DNA of 64,000 nt from Cyanophora paradoxa CCMP329 (GCA_004431415.1 QPMI01000205.1:113852-177851), one strand, 5' to 3'; positions 50,346 to 62,300 are shown, counted from the first letter of the stretch. Made by a program: numbers and translations. The notes: generated by a model not told the origin, from the letters alone.

Positions 50346-50977
50346 GCCCCAGCTGCGCTCCCGACGTGCACTCCTGCAGCGCCACCCTGCGGCCTCCAGC
50401 ACCTGTACTTCTACACCTGAGTTTTTTCAAGAGTCTGTCACGCTGAGCCGCGATCAATTTTGCTCCCCTGTATTCGTACCGAATTTTGCAGCCCGTTTAG
50501 CGGCAGCGAAAGCAAATCTTTTTCCATCCTATGCATATGCGTAGTCCGGCAGTAGTCCTAGTCCTCTATAGCTAGGTCTAGGTCTGCTTCAGAGCACTAG
50601 TCGACTTTTTGCAAAGCTTTCGCCGCACTTATTCTTTGTATACAGTGCAGCTTCGAGTACAGCACAGCATCTAACCTACAAAATCGATCCTTCTGTCCAA
50701 CTTCCAACGCTTAACTCGCGGAGTCGTGAGAAACGACACCTGTATACGTACCGCGTGGCCTGCGCGCGCGCGCGCCCTCGAGCTCGCGCTCTTAGCTTTT
50801 TTCAAAAAAATCAACTTGCCAAGTTGGCAAGAGCGACTCGCGCGCGCATGCATATGCGCCGCAACTGCGCATGCGCATACGAGAGAGCACAGCGGTGCAT
50901 GTGCGACCGTCGGACAACTGCGAGGGCGCGCAGCCAGGCTTGAAGCCCTCAAGCCGTGACTTAGCCGTCACAGTTTC

Positions 50978-51031
50978 GGGTACTGAGATATATGCGGCTC
51001 CCCCCCGTACACCGAAAGGCACCTGAAAACT
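50978..51031. repeat. Direct repeat copy 1 (left boundary of low-GC island)
   Basis: GGGTACTGAGATATATGCGGCTCCCCCCCGTACACCGAAAGGCACCTGAAAACT; 47 of 49 aligned bases match copy 2. Confidence 0.9.
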
Positions 51032-51510
51032 CTACGCCGTGACGGGCCTAGGCCTGTAGATCTAGATCTGACGTCCCGCGTACGGCCGTGACGTGTACGG
51101 CTTCTTCCGTGTACGTGCCCTGAGGAAGGCTTCCAGAGGAGATCGTCAAAGGAGGACGTCGACGGTGCGGCGGGCGATCCACGGGCTTATCGCTCCGAAT
51201 CATTCTATTTCTTCGTACGACGACCTTACCGGTACCAGCGACATCGGCAGGTACGATTCATCAATTGCATATTCATGAGCAGACGGCCTAGCGCGTTGGC
51301 CTAGGCCTGCAGCTGATCATGTGTGCAGGCTCAACGCTGGGCCGCCGCCTCTGCTTGCACTGGGCGTCCCGCGCCCTTCCCCTCCTGCCTCGTGCTGCAT
51401 AAACGGTACGCAATCTGTAAGCTAGATTGGATCATCGTCTCGCATATTCATTGCAAGGTCCGACGTCGACGTCCACGGTCGCAGCCGCGATGCCAGCACC
51501 TGCATCTGCA

Positions 51511-53897
51511 ATGTCCCCGCACCTCTTTGGATTGACTGCATGTGTTTGCGCGTTGGCACTCTCAGGTGACCCCTCTGTCCACGCACTCGTCGACTCGCAA
51601 ATCGCATTCGAATACGTGTACGCGCAGCCCTTCTGGCACCAGCAGTCGCTCAGTTCAACATCGATAAGAGCGCCGAACCCGAGGCAGCCTTTGGCGGCTC
51701 GCGACTGCCATCTTCTTTTGCAATTGCAGCTTTCTAAAAGAGACTCCGACAACAGCGGCACCTCTGTTCACACTCGTTGGTCACCAGTACCAGGTCGACG
51801 CTGTCGCCATCTCTCCAGATGGCCAGCTCGTCGCGACAGCCGATAGCCTTTCAACAGCTTCGCTTCGCATCTGATCGGCGACTAGCGGCGCCCAGTTGCA
51901 TGCCGCAAGTCACGCCGGTGGGACCATCCAGCATCTGCAGTTCACTGCAGATGGTGCCAGCATTGTAATTGCTTCGAATAATGGCCTGTCTGTGTTTTCG
52001 GCTTCAAATGGTACTCTTGACTCCCGAATTCAGTGGAACGTTGGCTCTGTGCGCGTCGGCCTATCCTCAAACGCTCAGACAGCACTCATTGTGTCTAAGA
52101 ACGAAACTTCCAACAAGTACTATCCGCCAGGCACTATCTTCGCATATGAGGCAGGCCTGTGGGAGCTGCCTGGCACACTTCTCCAGCAAATTCCGAACGG
52201 GGACAACACAGCCCAAGCATTGTTTGCAGCCGACTTCCTCGCCCTCTCTCCAGATGGCAATATGGTGTCAGGAGCTCGAGCCTCCAGCAGCTTGCAGTTG
52301 AGCATCTGGTCCATGAATGGAACACGTCTCAAGCTCCTCGACATCTCTGCAGCTGGCAACAGCATGCTGGGTATATCTCCGGATGGCTCGTATGTTGTAG
52401 TGGTTGCCTCTGCCCAGTTAATCAGACTCGGCAACCGTGCTGCAGTCCATCAGTGCAGCCGTCTCCTCGCCTTCAGCAATATCCATCTCGGCGGACAGCT
52501 CACGCATCCTAACTGGAGGCACAGATGGCCACATCTGCGTCTGGGCTGCAGCTAGTGGTGCCCTTTTGCATGAGTTCTGGAGCCATCGCAATAACTCGAT
52601 CAAGGCAATCTCGTTTGACACTTACGGATCACACATCGCATACTCAAAGATTCTAACGATGGAAACAGCAAGGATATCTGCAAGTTCTGCTTGGGTCATC
52701 CAAACTGCGCCCTCGGAATTGCACATTCAGCTCGGGAACATCAGCATGTTTCTCGCACCACAAACTTACGGATTGAAATTCAATGCAATTGGCGTGCCCA
52801 AAAGTGTGGACTATGTCTTCACTGTACAAACGACTTCCATTGGCAACGTCTACCCACAGGAAGTTCTAACACATATTCAAAAGTGGTCAAAAAGTGGTTC
52901 ACAGCTGTTGCGCTTCATGATCACCGAGGAGGATTACATTGATCAGTCAAGATTTGCTGTGTCCCCCGATGGTGCTCTCGTTGCCACTGGGAACAGTCGT
53001 GGAATCGTTCGCCTGTGGTCAGGTGTGGATGGAGCCCTAGTGAGAGTCCTTGCTGGTCCTCCTTTCGTCCAGTCTCCCTCGGACTCCTCCATGTATGGAA
53101 CGACCTCAACTCTCCTATCCATCACTTTCACACCTGATTCGGCATTTCTTGTGACTGGCTGGTTGAGGTTGAATCTTGTGCAAGTGTGGGAAGTGGCGAG
53201 CGGCGTGCTTGTCCGCAACCTCACTGCATCTGGAATCGATCCAACGAATGACACCTTCTATGCAACCGCACTTACAGTTTCATCCGATGGCCAGTACATT
53301 GTTGCAGCGGGGGGTGATCCTTTCCTTGAACCTGGCTCTTCATATTGGACTTGGCGAGGGGGCGTCCGCGTCTGGTCCTTTTCGACTGGAGCGCTGCTCT
53401 GGTCACACAGGAACATGTCTCACGGAAACACCTTCACATGCGTAGCAATCTCACCAGACAATTCTCACGTCGCTGTTGGGGAAGGAACAGATGCGAACGT
53501 GCGGCTGTTCTCTATGCCAAATGGAACCCAGCTGGATGTCATGAACCATGCCCAGCCTGTGCTCGCATCATCAGCAGGCTTCAGTCTTAGCATTTTCGGA
53601 GTCTCCTTTTCTTCTGGCGGCAAGGTACTCATCTCGAATGACCAGCTGGGCTATGTTCGCTTCTGGTCTGTTGCAAATGGCACTCTGCTGCGGACTCTGG
53701 GCCTGCTGGACAGCTCTTCAGACTGCTGCGGACAGTATCCCATGCATTCTTCCAATGGAAAATACCTTTACTACTCGGTGCCCCGAAATCCAAGTGCTCC
53801 ACTATTCAAGCCTCTCATGCGCCTTGACATATCCGACCTTGATTCCTGTGCGGAATTTTCTAATTTTGCAAAAAGAAGCATCGATACAAGGTCATGA
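51511..53897 (+). pseudogene. Secreted-type WD40 repeat beta-propeller gene, disrupted
   Basis: Signal-peptide-like start; repeats GH..VDAVAISPDG, SPDGALVATG..GIVRLWS; in-frame TGA at 51872-51874 where Trp is expected (LRI*SATSG); frameshift near 52425; visibly lower GC and nearly intronless. Confidence 0.75.
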
Positions 53898-54513
53898 CCC
53901 GTATGCCACGATGCGCAGCCTTCGGCCTGTCCCCAAACATTGGTGAAATACCTCGCGGTGAGTCAACGCCCTGTGTGTGTCAACACTTCCAACAGTGAAA
54001 TTAAAGTGTGAGAACATTGTTTGTGCAGGTTACAGGCAAGCAACTCGAATGTGTGTGACCGGTCCAAATCCAAGCATCCAATGTGCACCTGGCCATGCCG
54101 GATCCGGAGTGGTTTCATGATGCCAAGCCAAGCAGCAGGAAACAATTTGCAAGTCATCAAGCCCTGAAAAGTGGTTCGGGGTGCAGCAGTGCCAGTCAGG
54201 AGTCATCAGGTTTTTAGGTTGGCAACTTTTGTTTAGGAACATAAAGAGCGGCCAACCTTAATTTGCGGTTGCACTGCTTTGTTTTAATCGGATGCAGTGT
54301 ACATGTGGAGCTGCAGATCATCGCATATTGGATGCACATACAACTGGCAAGTAGAGGGGCCCGGCTGCTCGCGTGCGCAAGTAAGGGCCCTGCCAGGCTC
54401 AGCGGCTGGGAACTTCAGAAGATAGCTATAGCTATTATCCGAATCGATCATCGGATATCACACGTCTGCCGCAGTGCTTTTCTAGCCTAATAGCGATGTT
54501 TCCATTTTTATGA

Positions 54514-54562
54514 GGGTACTGAGATACGGCTCCCCCCCGTACACGAAAGGGACCTCAAAACT
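54514..54562. repeat. Direct repeat copy 2, 34 nt upstream of the BBS1 ATG
   Basis: GGGTACTGAGATACGGCTCCCCCCCGTACACGAAAGGGACCTCAAAACT. Confidence 0.9.
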
Positions 54563-54596
54563 TCGCGGCAGCCGGTGGATCGCTAGCGGTCTCACG

Positions 54597-57044
54597 ATGG
54601 AAGCGGACGTCGGGCCGCCTCCAACGGGTGCCGGCACAGGCGCGGCAGATGCGGAAAAGGAGAGCGCCAAGGTCAGCGGCCCCGTGTTCCGTCCCGGCCG
54701 AGCGCATTGCGCTTGGCGCCTGTCTAGCGAGTGTTCCGGCTCCACGCCAGCCCGTGGCTAAGCCGCGGCGCAGGACATCTGGCTGAACGCATGGCACGAC
54801 CCCGTGGCCGGAGTGAAGACCTTCACGCAGTGCATAAGAACCGCGGATCTGAACGGGGATGGCGACTGGAAGCTCCTCGTCGCCGACTTCGACCGGAAGC
54901 TAAAAGTCTACAAGGGTGCGCCGCGCCGTGGGCTAGGTGTTGCTGCATCGGGCGCGCGGGGCTCACCGGGCTACAGGGACGGGCCTGATATCGGAGCACG
55001 CGCTGCTGGACACGCCGTGCGCGATAGCGACGTTCTACAGCGACCAGAACGTGCCGCGGGTGCCGTCGGTGGCGGTGGCGGCCGGGCCGCACATCTTCAT
55101 CTACCGGAACCTGAGGCCGTACTACAAGTTCACGCTGCCCTCGCTCGACATCGACAAGCAGGCGCGCGGGGCGGGGCGGGGGCGGGGGCGGGGCGCGGGG
55201 CGAGCGGGGGCGGGGCGCAGGAGGCGGACATCTGGGGGGAGCTGCGGGAGGGCCGCATCGACGCGGCGAAGGCGCAGGAGCTGCTGGCGGGCATCCGGGA
55301 CGGCGGGGCGCGCCTCTGCTCGCAGTCGCTGGACCTGCTCTCGCTGGAGGAGCCCGGGGCGCGGCAGGCGTACGCGGAGGCGCACAAGGGGGAGGCGCTG
55401 GCGCAGCAGACGTGCATCACGTGCATGGAGGCGGTGAAGAAGAACATGGAGGAGGAGGAGGCGGTCTCATCGCTGGTGATCGGGACGGAGAACGCGGAGG
55501 TTCTGCTGCTGGACCCCTCGGGGGCCTCCATCGTGGCCAAGGTCAAGCTCCCCGCCGTCCCCGTCTTCCTCGCCGTCACCGGCCTCTTCGACGTCGAGTA
55601 CCGCATCGTCGCCGCCTGCCGCGACGGCAACCTCTACACCATCAAGGCCCGCCTGCCCCGCCCCCGCCCGCCCCGCCCCGCCGGTCCGCTGACCGGCGCG
55701 CAGAACGGCGAGGTGACGGGGACCGTCATCGAGCTGGAGAGCCAGCCGTGCGGTGCGCCGCCCCGGGCCGGCCCGGGCCCCTGCCGCCGGCTGACGCCCG
55801 CCGCAGGGCTCGTGCGGACGTACAAGTCGATCGTGGTGGGGTGCATGGGGGGCGTCATGCACTCGTACCACATCAAGGGGAAGAAGAACTTCAGCGTGTA
55901 CCTCCCCTCGTCCATCACCAACATGGAGCTCCTCTCCATCTCGTCGCAGCGGAACGTGAAGGCGGTGCTGGTGGCGCTGGCGAGCGGGGAGGTGCGGCTG
56001 TACAACGAGAAGCACCTTGTGTCGGTGCTGCAGACGCACGACGCGGTGATGGGGATGCGGTTCGGGCGGTACGGGCGGGAGGAGGCCTCCCTCGTCCTCT
56101 CCTTCAAGTCCGGCGCCATCTCCATCAAGGCCCCGCCCCCCGCCCCGCCCCGCTGACCTCCCCTCCCACGCTGAGGCGCCGGCCTGCAGATGCTGCCGCG
56201 GCTGGCGAACCTGGACGTCGGGACGGTGCACGCGGGGCCGCCCCCGGAGCAGGACATCCCCCTCAACATCCCCCGCAAGACCAAGCTCTACGTCGAGCAG
56301 ACCCAGCGCGAGCGCGAGCAGGTCGTCGGTGCGAACCATCCTCCTCCCGCGCCCTACGGGGCCCGCGGCGCTGAGTGCGGGCGGGGGCAGAGATGCACCG
56401 CATCTTCCAGCGAGACCTCTGCAAGCTCCGCCTCGCCACCGCGCGGGCCTACGTCAAGGCCGGCCCCCCTCGCTCGCCCGCTCGCCGGCCTGCGGGGGCG
56501 GGGTCGCTGACGGGGGCCGGGGCGGGGCAGGTGCTGACGGACGGGCAGGGCCCGCTCTCGTACACGGCCGGCTCGAGCGTGCGCCTGAACGCGGAGGTGC
56601 AGGGCCTGGGCCCCCTCTTCAAGGTCAAGGCCGCCATCACGAACACGGGCGCCAAGCCCATCACCAACGTCCCCGTCCTCCTCGCCTTCGACTCCGCCCT
56701 CTACTCCATCCGCGGCTCCCCCTTCCTCACCGTCCGCCCCCGCCCCGCCCCGCCCCGCCCCCCTCCCAGCGCCCCCGCCGAGCGGGCGGGCGGGCGGGGC
56801 GGCAGATCCCGCTGCTGGTGCCGGGGCTGCAGTACCGGTTGGAGGTGGAGGTGGAGGCGCTGGACCCGCAGGGCGCCGCCGGCGCCGTCACCCTCTTCGT
56901 CTGCCCCTCCGCCCCCGCCTCCGTCGTCCCCGTCATCTGCGCCGTCCTCCAGGCCCGCCCCCCCACCCCCCAGGCCGCCCCCCGCCCGCCCCGCTCACGG
57001 CGTACCCCGCGCAGATGCCCGTCGCGGAGGTCCTCCTCGAGTAG
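54597..57044 (+). CDS. BBS1: Bardet-Biedl syndrome 1 protein (BBSome), 11 exons
   Basis: WLNAWHDPVAG, ADLNGDGDWKL, IYRNLRPYYKFTLP, LVIGTE, GLFDVEYRI, FGRYGREE, LNIPRKTKLYVEQTQRERE, MHRIFQRDL, VQGLGPLFK, MPVAE. Confidence 0.97.
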
Positions 57045-57403
57045 CCCGCACCCCCACCCCGCCCCGCCAGGCCCCCCCCACCCCCACCCCTGACCCCCGC
57101 CCGTACCCCGCCCTCATCATTTCCCCCTCCGCCCCCTCCCGACTCGGCGAGCTCCGCCCCCTCCCGACTCGGCGAGCCCGCCCCTTCCTTTCTGTCGTCC
57201 CTCCCCTCGTCCCGTTCCCGCCAATGCAGGAGCGCACTCCGCGAAGATGCGCCATGCGAGGCGGCGCCGTGCTTGGGAAGAGGGGGCGGGCGGAAGGGCG
57301 GAGCGTTGGCGATGCAAGTACAGAGGGACAGCGGGAGGCGGGCGGGGGGGGCTAGGGTGGGGGGGGAGAAAGGAGCTGGGAGCGGAGGGAGGGGCTTGGG
57401 GCG

Positions 57404-59057
57404 TCAGACGCGGAGGGGCAGCTTCTCTGCGGGGCGGCGTGAGGGGCGGGGGCGGGGGCGGGCGGGTGCGGGGGGGTGCGGGGCGGACCCTTGGGGGGCC
57501 CGTCGAAGAGGGACTTGCGGAGCCACTTCTCCCAGGTCATGAGCTGGGGGTAGAGCTTGCGGCACTCGGCGATCTCGCGCTGCAGCGGGTGCTCCTGGAA
57601 GAAGCGGAACATGTCGGCGCGCTCCGAGCCCCCCGGGATGTTCGCCTTCTTCAGCGCGCTGTACGGCACCGCCTCGTACCGCGTCGCCTTCCCCGTCACT
57701 GCGCCCCGCGCCCCGCCTCAGCCCGCGCGCGACGCCGGCCGCCGGGGCGGGGCGGGGCGGGCCCTTCATGAAGATGCGGACGATGTGGGGCCCGGTGAGG
57801 TAGTCGCCCGCGACGCCGAGCACCCGCCCGAGGTAGGCGGGGGCCTGGGCCGGCTCGAAGAGGGGCGCCACGATGCCCCCGAGGTCCTCCGCCGAGAACA
57901 TGTAGAACGGCTTGTTGCTCATCTGCCCCCGCCCGGCTCGCACCCGGCGGCCCCGCTCGGGGGGGGCGGGGTTGGGGCGGGACGGCGGGCGCACGGGGAG
58001 GGAGATGACGAGGACGCCGTCGGGGGTGACCTTCCAGTAGGTCGGGTCCAGGAAGTTCTCGTAGTAGAAGGACGGCCGCACCACCGTGTACCCCACCCCG
58101 GCTGCCCGCCGGCGCCGCGTCACCCCGGGCGGGGCGGGGGCGGGGCGGGGCGGGGCGGGGGCGCGGACAGGCGAGGAGGTGCTTCTCGATGGCGGCCTTG
58201 GAGTCGAAGTGGCGGGCGCCGGCGATGCGCCCCTCCGAGACCTCGAGCACATTCTCGAGGGAGGAGAGGATGAAGTGCTGCACCCCGGCGCGCGCCGCGG
58301 CGTCCACGGCGTTGCAGCCCTGCTGCACCTCCAGGTCGTAGTCCATCCCCTCGCCGTAGTTGGTCATGCAGAAGACGCCGTGGCAGCCGGCCATCGCCCG
58401 CCCCAGGCTCTCCACGTCCGTCAGGTCTCCCTGCACCACCTCCGCCCCCTGCTCCCGCAGCCGCATCCCCCGCTTCGACTCCGGGTATCGCGTCAGCGCC
58501 CGCACCTGCCCCGCCCCGTCCCCGCCCCTCAGCCGCCGGCGCGCGCCGCGCGGTGCGGCGGGGCACGGACCCGGAACACGCCGCGGGCGAGCAGATGCCG
58601 CATCACGGAACCGCCCTGGCGGCCAGTCGCGCCGATGACGAGCACGAGGCGGGCGGCCTGATTCTGCTGGTTCGCCAGCGTCATCTCGTCGACCTTGTTC
58701 ATGAGCGCCGAGACCTTGTTCTGCAGCTCCGACGCTGCGCGGCAGGGCTCGAAAAGAGGCGACAAAACGGGAAAAAGGAAGGCAGCGCCGCGGCGCACCC
58801 TTCTGCGCCGCGCCGGGGTCGCCGCCGCCGAGCGCCAGGCTGCGGTCGCCTGGCTGCCGCTGCTGTATGTCCCGCTGCGGCGGAGGCTGGCCTTCCCTGT
58901 TGTTGTTACAGCAGAAGAGGAGCTTGCTGCAGAGCACATCAAAGAAGGACTTTTTCTCTTCTTCATGCCGCTGCTGCTCCTTCACCAGCGCCGCGAGCTG
59001 CTCGGGTCCCGCGGTCGGCACTGTCTTTCCAGGACTGACGTGCCTTGCGGGGTCCAT
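57404..59057 (-). CDS. NmrA-like atypical short-chain dehydrogenase/reductase with N-terminal extension
   Basis: VLVIGATGRQGGSV, VRALTR, GAEVVQGDL, AGVQHFILSS, HFDSKAAIE, VRPSFYYENF. Confidence 0.9.
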
Positions 59058-59368
59058 TTCGGCGCGCACCAGCGCCACTCAGATCCGGCACGGCGCGTCG
59101 AGTTCGTGGGGGGTCGCAGGCGTCGCGGGAGAGCTGAGAGAATCGCTGGTAAATCGACGCTTCGGAGTCGAAATCCACCGCCGGAAGGCTGCGCGGCGCA
59201 CAGCCGAACTGGCGGCCGCCGCCTTCCGCCTAACTGCCAGCCGCCGCCGCGGCTGCTCGACCGTTACGACTGACTGAATCGGCGAAAGCGGCGGGCTGCT
59301 CCAGCGATAGCGGCTGGACGCTGCGAACTGGACGGGTAGAGCGTCGTTTACCGGAGACGGGTAGGCCG

Positions 59369-62300
59369 ATGGAACCCGAAGCACTGTTCTCCGCCCCCTG
59401 GTCCCCAGGACTTCGAATAGGGTTGCCGTATGCAGCTCCAGCTGCTACGACGCGGGCGACGATCCAACTCGACACGCACCGATGGCGGGCGGGCTCTCGC
59501 CGGACAGGCCACGGGAAGAGCCTGCCGCGCTCATTCCGCCTGGAGAAGGGCGATCAGCGCATGCGCTTCACTTTCTGTTCATCTGGAGGCCCGCCGCTCG
59601 CCCTCGCACAGACAGACTTCGTGCAGGACGCGCGAGGTGCCCCGCCTGGCGCGCCGATGCATCGGCAAGTCGTGACGGGGCGCTTTTAGATGCGCACGCG
59701 CGGGATCTCTTTGACCGCGTGCGGGAAAAGGTGGACATCGCGCGCCTTGTCAGCTCCGAAGGGGTTGCGCTCCGCCGGGCGGTGCGTCCCGCGCCGGCGC
59801 CGGCCGGCCTTTGCGGCCGCGGGTGCGAGTGGGGCGCAGGGAAGGAGCTTCATCGGGCTGTGCCCTTTCCACGAGGACAGCCGGCCGAGCCTGAGCGTGA
59901 CCCCCGAGAAGCAGATCTTCAAGTGCTTCGCGTGCGGCGCCGGTGGCGACGTCATCTCCTTCCTGTCCAAGGTCCGCGCGGCCCCTAGCGGGTCTGAGCG
60001 GGGCCCGGAAGCGAGCTCCTGCAGCGGCGCGGCCTGTCCAAGATGGAGGCGGCGCTGGCGCTGGACGAGCTGGGGCGGGGTGGGGCCCTCGCCGCGCCCC
60101 TCGACGCCGCCGCTGCCGCCGCCTGGGCCTCGGGGGCGGCCGTTCCGAGCCGGCGGGGGAGGCGGGAGGGCCCGGCGGCGCCGGCGACGGAGGCGGAGCG
60201 GGAGGCGGTGCAGCGGCTGCTCTGCGACGCGCAGTCCTTCTTCCGCCGCCACTTCCTCGAGGCCCCCGAGGCCGGTCCGCCGGCCTGGCCCCGCCCCGCC
60301 GCCCCCTCCGCTGCGCGCCGCGGGCTCTGACGCGGCGGCAGAGGCGGCGCGGGCGTACGTGCGCGGCCGCGGCATCGGCGAGGTGGCGGCCGCCGAGTTC
60401 GGCGTGGGGTACGCCCCCGACAGCTACTCCGTGCGCCCCCCCGCCCCCCGCCCCCCCGGCCGGCCGTCGCGCGCGGGGGCGAGGGGCGCGGGGCGGGGCA
60501 GGCGACGCTGGATCACCTGACGCGGGAGTGCGGGCACGCCCCGGAGGCCGTCGCCGCCGCGGGGCTCGCCGCCGAGGCCAGCCGCCCCGGCCCCCCGGGC
60601 GCCTCCCGCTTCTACGACCGCTTCCGGGGCCGCCTGACGGTGCCGATCCACGGGGCCGGGGGCGTGCTGGTGGCCTTCGGGGGCCGGCTGCTGCGGGAGG
60701 ACGGGACGCGGCGGGGCCCCAAGTACCTCAACTCCCCCGCCACGGGCCTCTTCGACAAGTCCCGCACCCTCTTCTCCCTCCACCGCGCCGCCGGGCCCGC
60801 CCGCGCCCGCCGCCGCGCCCTCCTCGTCGAGGGCTACATGGACGCCCTCTTCCTCCACCAGGCCCGCCCCGCCCCGCCCCTCTCCGCCCAGCCCGCACCG
60901 GGGCTGACGCGGCGCGCGCGGGCAGGCCGGCCTGCCGAACACGGTGGCGAGCATGGGCACCGCCGTCACCCTCGAGCAGCTCGCCGCCGTCCGCCCGCCC
61001 CGCCCGCCCCCTCCCGCCCGGCGCTGACGGTGGGGCGCAGCTTGCGGAGGCGGCGGGGGCGGCGGGGGAGGAGCTGGAGGTGCTGCTCTGCCTCGACGCC
61101 GACGCCGCGGGGCCGCCGCGGCGCGCCGCCTGTGCGCCGCCTTCCTCGAGGCCCGCCTGCGGCCCGAGGCCGCCCCGCCCGCCCTCGCCGCCCTCCGCCT
61201 CCGCGTGCCCGAGCTCCCCGCCGGCTTCAAGGACCCCGCGGAGGCCGTGGGGAGCGCCGCGGGCGCGCCGCCCTCCTCGCCGCCCTCGAGGCCGCCGAAG
61301 AGTGGGCCCCCTGGCTCTGGGCCCGCACCCTCGAGGAGCAGGCGGGGGCGCTGCGCGGGGCCGGCCCCGACCCCGCCCTCGCCGCCGCCCTGCAGGAGGT
61401 CCTCGCGCTGGAGGCGGCGCGCATCATCCTCGCCGCCGTCGGCCGCGGGGCGGGGCGGGTGGAGAACGCCCGCCGCCTCGCCCTCCTCGAGCGCTTCGCC
61501 GCCGACACCGCCGCGACGGCCGCCCCGCTCCTCCCGCACCCGCCCCGGCCCCCGTCATCGCAGCCGCCGCCGCCGCCGCCATCCGCGCCCTCCTCGCCGG
61601 CGACGGGCCGCCCCCGCGCCGGCCCCTCCTCCCCGTCACCCCGCGCCCCGCCCCCGCCCCCGCCCCGCTTCGCTTCCCGCCCCTCCGCCAGCCCCGCGGA
61701 CCGGCCTCTCGTTACCCTCCCCGCCCATGCCGCCAGCCCCTCATCCCTCGTCCTCCCTGCGGCCTGCCGCCGTCCTCCTCTCGGACCCCGTCTCCCCCTC
61801 GCTCGCCCCGCCTTCCTTCAGGCCCGCCGCCCTTGAGAGGGGCGACCCCGAGCAGGCCGCCCCCCCCAACTCCTCTGCGGGACCCTCGGCCAGCCCCGGC
61901 CCCACGCTCACCCCCGCCCCCGCGCTTTCCCCAACCCCCGAGCCGCCGAAAGGAGCACTGGGGGCCCCCGCTGCTCCTCCGCCGCCGCCGCCCCTCACCT
62001 CGTGCGTCGCTCCGTCCGCGGGCCGCGCGGCGGGGCACCGACGGGGCGGGGCCAGGGCGGCATTCTACCTGCGGGGGACGGGGCCGGCGGGCGAGGGCGA
62101 GGGCGGGGCCTGCAGCAGCCTCGACGAGTTCCTCGCCGCCCACCCGCCCGCCGCCTCCGCCCGCCTCGCCGTCCGCCCCCGCCCCGCGCCCCCGCCCCGC
62201 CCCGCCGGCCCGACCCCGGCCCCGGCAGGTCTGGCTCCCCGGGCGGACAGGGCGGAGGCGGCGCGGCGGCAGCGGTACGGGAGGCGCGGGGGCGGTTCGG

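Noticed and set aside
45854-50446. 1530-aa ORF and the many other long Pro/Arg/Gly-rich ORFs in the track as real proteins
   Set aside because: Stop codons are rare at this GC content; these ORFs run through introns and switch between true and false frames
51872-51874. TGA read as Trp (alternative genetic code)
   Set aside because: Other Trp codons in this gene are TGG, TGA is used as a stop elsewhere, and the gene also has a frameshift
54514-54562. Hammerhead ribozyme (CTGAGA...stem...GAAA...CTC)
   Set aside because: Core is CUGAGA rather than CUGANGA, three extra bases separate stem II from GAAA, and copy 1 lacks an NUH site
57134-57185. Tandem 25-nt repeat between BBS1 and the NmrA gene as a CRISPR-like or regulatory array
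   Set aside because: Only two adjacent copies with no spacers; ordinary local duplication
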